A program made the translations under genes and the position numbers. The notes below the pieces were generated by a model. That model was not told the DNA's origin. It saw nothing but the letters and a program-made list of their open reading frames with translations, and did not search any database. 64,000 bases of DNA from Octopus bimaculoides (taxonomy: Eukaryota): the NCBI RefSeq assembly GCF_001194135.2, contig NC_069008.1, positions 18,405,390 to 18,469,389 of the forward strand. Direction: 5' to 3'. Shown one piece after another: positions 52,873 to 61,132 of the stretch; the stretch's first letter is position 1, and every line of letters starts with the position of its first letter.

Positions 52873-55800
52873 GTACATATATCTATGTGTGTGTGTGTGT
52901 GTGTGTGCATAGCATAAACAGCTGTCAGCTAATGAAGTTCCTAACCTAATTATTTCCTTTGTCATCTCAATTCTTACTCTTCTCTATTTCACTGATGCTT
53001 CACACAAAAGCTTTTGTTTATTGAGTTCTAACCCCAGGGTGTTAGCATCACAATGCCTAAGTGAAATGTTGAGATATAAATACAAACACACACACAAAAA
53101 TATATTCCCATATCTGCTGCTTCATCTCTCATTCATTTATTTTTTCCTCTCACCAACTTTTTTCTTTTTCTCATCTTCCAATTTCTTTCCTCTTTCTTCT
53201 CATGAAGGACAAATGAGTGAAATGTCAAAACTCTTTCCTTCCTTTTAAGCATTAAACTAATACAGTATTTGGGTGTTAGTTTCAATTTGCATTTCTCCTT
53301 TAATCACTGAACTGGGTCCCATGACACTGCTACCATTTCCCATCAACAAATCCTCTGCTCCCTTTGTGCCTTGAGAGAAACTTTCCTTGCAAAACAGGGT
53401 TAGGGTTAGCAACAGGAAGGGTCCCCTGTCAGTAAAACAATGCCTCCAATATTATGTTGGCCAACTCCATTGCTAAACTGGAAGAGAAACAAACATACGA
53501 TAATTAATCTTGCAATAATGTGTAAGAATCACTGACCCGTGTTGTAGTTTTGGTAACACGAGCGTCTTTACCAATCTTGCCAATGAGACTCAATAATTTC
53601 TCTCGGACACGGTCATTGTCGTCCTGCCATTTCTGTAAAAGTAGAAGGGAAGAAATAGAATAGGGGACAGGGACAAGACTGTAGTCATTTCAACGGAGAT
53701 ACAAGGGAATAAGAAATACGGTTGAGCAAGTTACTACATAGACACACAGGAGGGGGGAGAGAGAGAGAGAGAGAGAGAATGGAAGAAGGCAACTAACCTT
53801 TTGTATGAGGAAGAACAACTGTTCTAACTGTTGAGCATCAAACTTCACAGCTGCAGCGGCTATGATGGAGTAGATGTTCTCTATCACATTGTTAGACTGG
53901 CCATTCTGCAGCAATAACAACAAAATTATCACACATTATATCTATCTATATAGGGAAAATTTACTGGCATTATTTATTCACCATTACACATGTATCATTT
54001 GCTAATAGGAACTGCAGGGTTTCACATGTTAAACATGTAAGGAATTTCCAATTAGATATTCTCCAGACAGAGAAATAACACGCACACACATATATACATA
54101 TATTTGAATATTAACAAAATTGGGGTGAAAATGCACAATTACATTAAAAGAATTTGTAAGACAAATCAGAGACAAAATCTGGTGTGATATTTCATCTAAA
54201 TGTATTAAATATTTTTAACTTACATCACCAGTTTCATCCAGGTGTGGCTGGTTTTATCAAATGAAAATGTTTATAATGGTTGCAATACATAAGAATGAAG
54301 TGTTGTAACTCAACAGAGAACTAGGGTATCCAATTACCAGACAAACAAATGGCATTTAAACAGTAAGCTAGGGAGTGTATTTTGTATCTACCATCTAACT
54401 TGTTCAAAAACTTCTAGCCGTTTGATACTATAGTTGTGAGAATCAGATTAGGTTGGGCAAAGTTTAGAGAGCCCCTGCCTCTGCTGACAACAAAAAGCCT
54501 CTCCCTCAGAGTGAAAAGCAGATTATATGATGCCTGTGTGCAAACAGCTATGCTGCATGGCAGTGAAACATGGCCTGTGACAGCCGAGGACATGCGTAGG
54601 CTTGAAAGAAATGAAGTTAGCATTCTTCACTGGAATCTAATATTTTAATCTAAAAATTTAAATTAAATAACAAATTACATAAATAAATCATAGAAAGAGA
54701 CTTGCCCAAAATTCCACACAGTGGGATTAAACTTGAAACCATGAGGTTGAAAAATAGATTTCTTAACTATACACACTCATGTTTCTTTACAAAACAACAC
54801 CTATAACTGTGAATGGTGTGAGGATTTCAGAAACTGACCCCAACATGTTAAAGGGTCCCCAAAACCCTAAAGATTTAGGACCAAGAAATAATAAAAAGAA
54901 TTTGAAAAAGTGTAAAGACACCACAAAAAAAGGAGGGTGAAGCGAAGACCAGGGCCGTCAGGGTGACCATGAAATCATGTCTATGGAACCAACGAGATTT
55001 GTCTTTTCTTCAGTAGAATCACAAGACATCATGGACACTGGAAATAGGTGACAGTAAGCAGTGGGAGCAATGTGAAATTGATGAGTGTTTTCTGTTTGAG
55101 TGAATTGGATATAACGAAGGGTTTCAAAGGGGAGACAGAATTAACGAGATGAAACAAAAACTAATGACATGGTGATGGTGGCAGTGAAACACCACCACTG
55201 CCACCCCCGCTCCATTTACCTGCATCTTCCAAATCATTGTCAGTTCATCCAAAGACAGTTTGGATCCCAAAAAGTCCACAATACCTTTCACTTTATCACA
55301 ATATTGAGCTTGATCAATGTTTCCTGTGAAGAAAAAAACAAAAAAAAAAAATTGTTAGATTTTCTCCTGATATAAGACAATGTTTCTGGGGTCAATAAAA
55401 TAAGGTACCAGTCACACACTAGGGTCAATGACATTAACAAACACCTCCCCTCAAAACTGCTGCCCTTTGAACTTACAAGAACCAGTTGAGTATTGGGAAT
55501 TGACTTGACCCTCCACCTACTATATTTATTATTACTATCGTTATTATTATCATTGGGGGGGGGGGACAACCTGGCAAAACGTTGAATGGCATTTCTACTG
55601 GTTCTTCATGCTCTAAGTTCAAATCCTTCTCAGCTTAACCTTTGCCTTTCATCTTTTTGGGGGTCAGATGAAATTAATTATGACAATGTAGTCTTAAATA
55701 CATTTATGTTGGAAAAAAATGAGATGGTCATGGCTGGAACCCCTTTAATCATTGGTCTGTTAAATCAAAATTGATCTGGGGGACTAAACAACATCAACAA

Positions 55801-58800
55801 CAAGGAAGGCCACATTAGATAATGTAGTCCTAGATACACTTAGGTCTGAATAAAAGATGGAATGGTCATGGCTGGGTTAAATAACAAGCAAAGACAGGGA
55901 ACTTACCTTCTAGGGCAATAGCCAGCACACGTTTGTCAACCAAAAAGTTGAGAATTCTGTCCGAGTGAATGGCAGTCTTTAACTTACTGACTGTGGCATC
56001 GTCAATGAGTTTGGAGACCTGGAAAGGTAAGCAGAGATAAGTAGACTGTACGGGGGGGAGGGAGGTAGAGTCATGGTTGGGTTGTCAGGGTGTGTAGAGC
56101 TGTCACCTGAGATAGAGATAATTATACAACTACAGCACAGTAGGATCAGATGTTTCTGAAAGTCAAAGTTGAAAAGATTTCAATAGAAATAAAAACAACA
56201 AAAATATATTCCAGTTTAATGATCCCACCCCCCTCCTTCAAATGTTGTATTGCCACAGGAAGTGCTCTGATGAACTTCTTCCCTTAGTTCCAGATCACTC
56301 TGGGGCCATCTCACCTGATTCAAAGCTCATCTTCATGCAGGTGCTGTTGTGCTTCCACTAATTATGAAACATTTTTATTTGGTCATGGCCCCTTTCTCCA
56401 AACTGCCAGACTTTAAAACCCTCCCCCACCTTATTGTTTTCCTTCTCCTTTCAAGTCTTAAATAAATTCATTCCTTTCATCTTAATTTCTCCTTCTTCAG
56501 AGTCCCTTACACTACGTGCCTTCTTATAAAATTTAAAAAAAACCCACTCAGGTCTTCAGAAGGTCATTCTGGCTAAACTCAGGACCTCAGAATGCTACAT
56601 TTAGCTGTTTCAAAGGCCATGCTCAGCCCACCACCAGGCCATGGGATCTACACTTCTCTTCTTACTCCACACCTCAACTTTTATCAGAAGAACCATCCCC
56701 AACATAACATTTTTTTTTATTTAAATCCTTATTTTTGAACCACAGTAAATGATCATTGAAAAAGGTTGTCATTTCTCTAATTATAAATTTCATTTATTTG
56801 AATCAAATCAAAGAACAAAAGAATTTTAAGCTTCAGGTCAACGGTTCCCACTGATTTAGACTTCAAAACACACTGGACAATGAACACACTGGACAGTGAA
56901 CACACTGGACAGTGAACACACTGGACAGTGAACACACTGGACAGTGAACACACTGGACAGTGAACACACTGGACAGTGAACACACTGGACAGGAAAGCAG
57001 TTCACATGGGAAGATTCAGTTAAGAATTGTTTTAAAGTTTAAAATTTCATTAAAAAAAACAGCCTCAGACTATTTGTGGAAAATTTTATGTGTTACCTCT
57101 TTTAGGGAATTCATTTTGGCATTAAAGTGAGGAGATTTGAGCATTCGGAGTGCCACATCCAATCGCAGATCATCAACAGCTTCCACATCCTGGGGCCACA
57201 TAGTCATACATAAAAGCTTCATGGAAGCCAGTAACTCAGAAACACTGCCAACTTTCTGTGGACCAAAACAAAATTAAGAAAAGTAATTAGCAGAAATTCT
57301 CGTTATATTCAAGTAAAACATGGGAAATAAGAGACAAGTGAAAGAAAGACAGACTCAAATGTTATGATAGGGTCCCTGCTCAGTGTCAGGTGAATAAATG
57401 TTAAAGATGGTGGTTTCATGGAATCAGTTTGTGCTTTTTGTTATAGCAACATCCCGAGTTCAAATCTTGCTGAGGTCAGCTTAACTTTCATTCTTTTCAG
57501 GGGTCAATAATATAAAGTAACATTCCATGGCACAAGATTGACAAAATATGTTGTCTGGTATTTCTTTACATTCTGAGCTTCCTAGCAAATTAGTGAAAAT
57601 GTCCCTTTTTAGATGACAAGCTGGAGCAACGGATAAAATAAAAACTGAAAAGAAAACATTAAAAAAAAATCTCTTTTATCTTCTTTCAAAGACACACCAC
57701 TTGTCTCAGGAGCCAGCAGTGGTTGCTTGTTATTTAACCCAGCTATGACCATCCCATCTTTTAGTCAGTCATAATGTATCTAGGACTACATTATCTAAGA
57801 TGTCCTTCCTGGTTGCTGTTTAGCACCAGGTCGCACCTGATCCACATTGTTTGTCAACTTGACAGGGCACACAAGAAGGAAGCCCTTATCTTTTCTAATG
57901 ACAAGGGACACATTACATACTGTCACCCTTAATACTCCTAAAAAATGGGATGGTCGTGGCTGGCAAATCTTTCCTCATAGGTCTGCCTAATCACAGAGTA
58001 AAACAACAACAATCACACACCTGTAGTTGAAGTCCTTCATGACCCCATCCATAAAAGGAAACTCCCAACATGTGTCGGGACCACGCACTCCCATACCATC
58101 TGCCTGGTCATGCAATTCTCGGTCATCGTCTCATCACGTCCTTCATTCAATCAGACGGAAACCAGAGACTGACTTACCTTTTCTTTAAAGTCTTTCTCTT
58201 CCAAACTCTGAACATATTTGATGGCCTTCTTTAAACCTGGGGCCAGAATATCCAACATCACCGAAGGGTTTAAAAAGTCTGCACAAGTACCAAATGGACG
58301 CAGAAGAGCTGCCATAGACTGAATAGTAGAAAGCAGAAAAAAAGATATATGAAGGAATCGTCTTTTACTTATAAGAGGTACAGCTGCCTCGAGTAGTTCA
58401 CCTGTCTGCAAATAACTTATTTTTTCACTGTTTATCATAAATTACAAAATTATTTTACTGATTGTAATTATCATGATTCATTATTAAGTACCAACGAGAC
58501 AAATACTCCAGCCCACTGCAGTCATATAATTTATGGGGTCTTAACGAGTCACAGAAGGTTTTTGTTTCTTGGTAATGAACAGGACAAGGAATCACCAACA
58601 AACAAAATAGTAAGAAGTAGACTTTGCCAGGAGGTATTTCACAGGTGAAATGACAGATCAATGACCTCAATTTGACAGCGAGAACAAAGTCTAAGATAAA
58701 AAAGACACCTTGTTTAATCACATGTGGAATTTTTTTTCATCCCAGAACTGTTAATTTATTTTGGGATCTAGTTTAGTGACAGCCGAAGTTTGTCAAACAA

Positions 58801-61080
58801 ACCACTTACCGGTGCATCTAAATCATCACTCTCCAAATGTTTTTTCACGTATTCAAAGCCCTTTTTGTAAGCAAACTAAAACAGAAGAGAAACAAAGATT
58901 TAATAGACAGAATATAGTAACCCACAACACCTGGTCCCTCACTGCTCCTTGCTTTGGACTGGATGAAGACAGTTGTGTATTGAATACAACGAGAACAACT
59001 AGAGCCATTCCAGTGGTTTCTAGTGTAAGATCAAGGATGGAGTAAATAAAGACAGCTAGACATGAATCTGTCTATATATAACATAGACATAAATATAATA
59101 TAACATATACATAACGATATAAACTTGCACTTAATAGTTTATATATAAAATACAACAGCTATATATACATACATACATATATATACATGTCTATATATAT
59201 AACAGTGTTTATATATATCATGGACTCTCCTACTGTCGACCACAAATGAGGAGTTTCTGCAATTTTTCTACTGAACAACCTCCACAGATGATTTGTTTCT
59301 AGCAATCAAATGCTTCTGCTGCACGTTAGCTCATTCTTCCCTGCATCTAATCAACGTTGTCCGAACAGGTGCACAGGTGTAACACACCTCAGGTGTTGAA
59401 GTGATTGCAGAGCAACGGGAGATGATGAAGTGCTTTGCTCAAGAACACAACACATCACTAAGTCCAGGAATCCACTTGTATTCATGAGTGCAACACCCTA
59501 ACCACAAGGCAATGCACCCTCACTCATTATATATATAAAATATATACACAACTATATACATACATATAACAGTGTATATATAATACAATAACAACAATAT
59601 AATTACACCTAACAGATTAAGCCATGAGATTGACTATAAAAGGGTAAATCAGGTCCATCAGTGAATGGTAAAGAAGACTTGACAAGGTACTTACCCTGTT
59701 AATGAGGTTGGTGAGCCAGCCATAAGGGTCCTACAAACAAAACAGAGAAAGGAAAAAAGGTATCAGTTTAACCCTTTAGCATTTAAATTTTCTTCCTGTT
59801 TTATGTTCAAACTGATCAGATCCAGTCTCTCACACCTACCCTACAATATCATTCAAAAATATACAAACACACCATTGAAATCTTGAAGCCATGGAATAAT
59901 ACATTCAACATATTCAGAACAATGTGAATAAATAAGCATCAAATTTAACGAAGAAATGTGAATGTTGAAGGGTTGAAGAAGTAAATGGGGTGGGGTATGC
60001 AGTAGTGATTGTCATTTCTTACGACGGTGGCAAGATGCTGCAGTCAACAAAGGGTTCAGTGGTTCAAAACCCACCGTCTCAAACACTGACATATATGTCC
60101 ATGACCAACACATCTCTAAAATGGATCAGTCCACCTAGCTGTGAATAGGCACCACAGCTTGGTGGTTTATGACCAACATGTCACTAAAATGGATCAGTCT
60201 GTTTAGTTCTAAATAGGTACCACAATATAGGAACAACAAGGTACAATAAGCAGTGGTAGCACAATAAAACTGCCAACTGTTTATTTGGGTTGCAGAGCTG
60301 GGAATTGGTAGGAGAAAGCTGAGATCTGCCACACTGAGATGCCCCCACCCCACCGCCCAACCCATTACACAAAGAGGATATTTTCTGTAAATGCCTTCTT
60401 TCTACCCCCAACAAACAAAGAAAACATTGAGTGGTGAAGACCCCCTCCGTTTTACAGAGAAGACACCAGCATTAGTGTTGGGGCCACAATGAAAACGCCC
60501 AATAACGTCTGTAAAGGGAAAGGCAAATGGGTGAGGACAATGTTTGGGCAGAGGAGATGTCATTGAAGACTTGATAATGTGTGTAGAAGCAATGCCAGGC
60601 AGTAACCAGAGAGTAGGAAGTGGTTGGTGATAGGAACAAGATGGCAGTCAAAGACCCCTGTCCACCCACCTCAAACAGAATATAGGAGTGAGATGTGGTT
60701 TGTGAAAGATGAATGAGTGCAAAAACAGGAAGTAAGAACTGACCAAAACAGGACCACTCCACCTTGTTGGGTGATTCCATGGAACATAGAAACAACATGG
60801 GAATTTACACAATAGGGAAAGGATATCAGGTGTGGAGAAGTAGTCTTACGTTTTTTCCTGCTCCGGAACAATTGACAGCATAAAGTTCTCCATTTGGAAA
60901 CTTGTCCTTCCAGTAGGTTTTGTCACATTGTCGGGCACGGTTCTTGAAGTGGAACACAGCATCTTGGTCAAACGCCTACAGAATATAAAAGAAGTGCATT
61001 GAGAACATGAAGCTTAGTCTCCAACACATCAAACATATACATACACACATATATACACTCAACTGTATGTATGTATGTTC

Positions 61081-61132
<52 letters not shown>

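Noticed and set aside
53396-53412. GGGTTAGGGTTAG telomere-like repeat
   Set aside because: Only two units, embedded in a degenerate copy of the common SINE motif (..GCAACAGGAAGGG..).
56867-56992. CRISPR-like array or RAG heptamer-like repeats
   Set aside because: Units are head-to-tail with no unique spacers; GACAGTG differs from CACAGTG and no nonamer is present.
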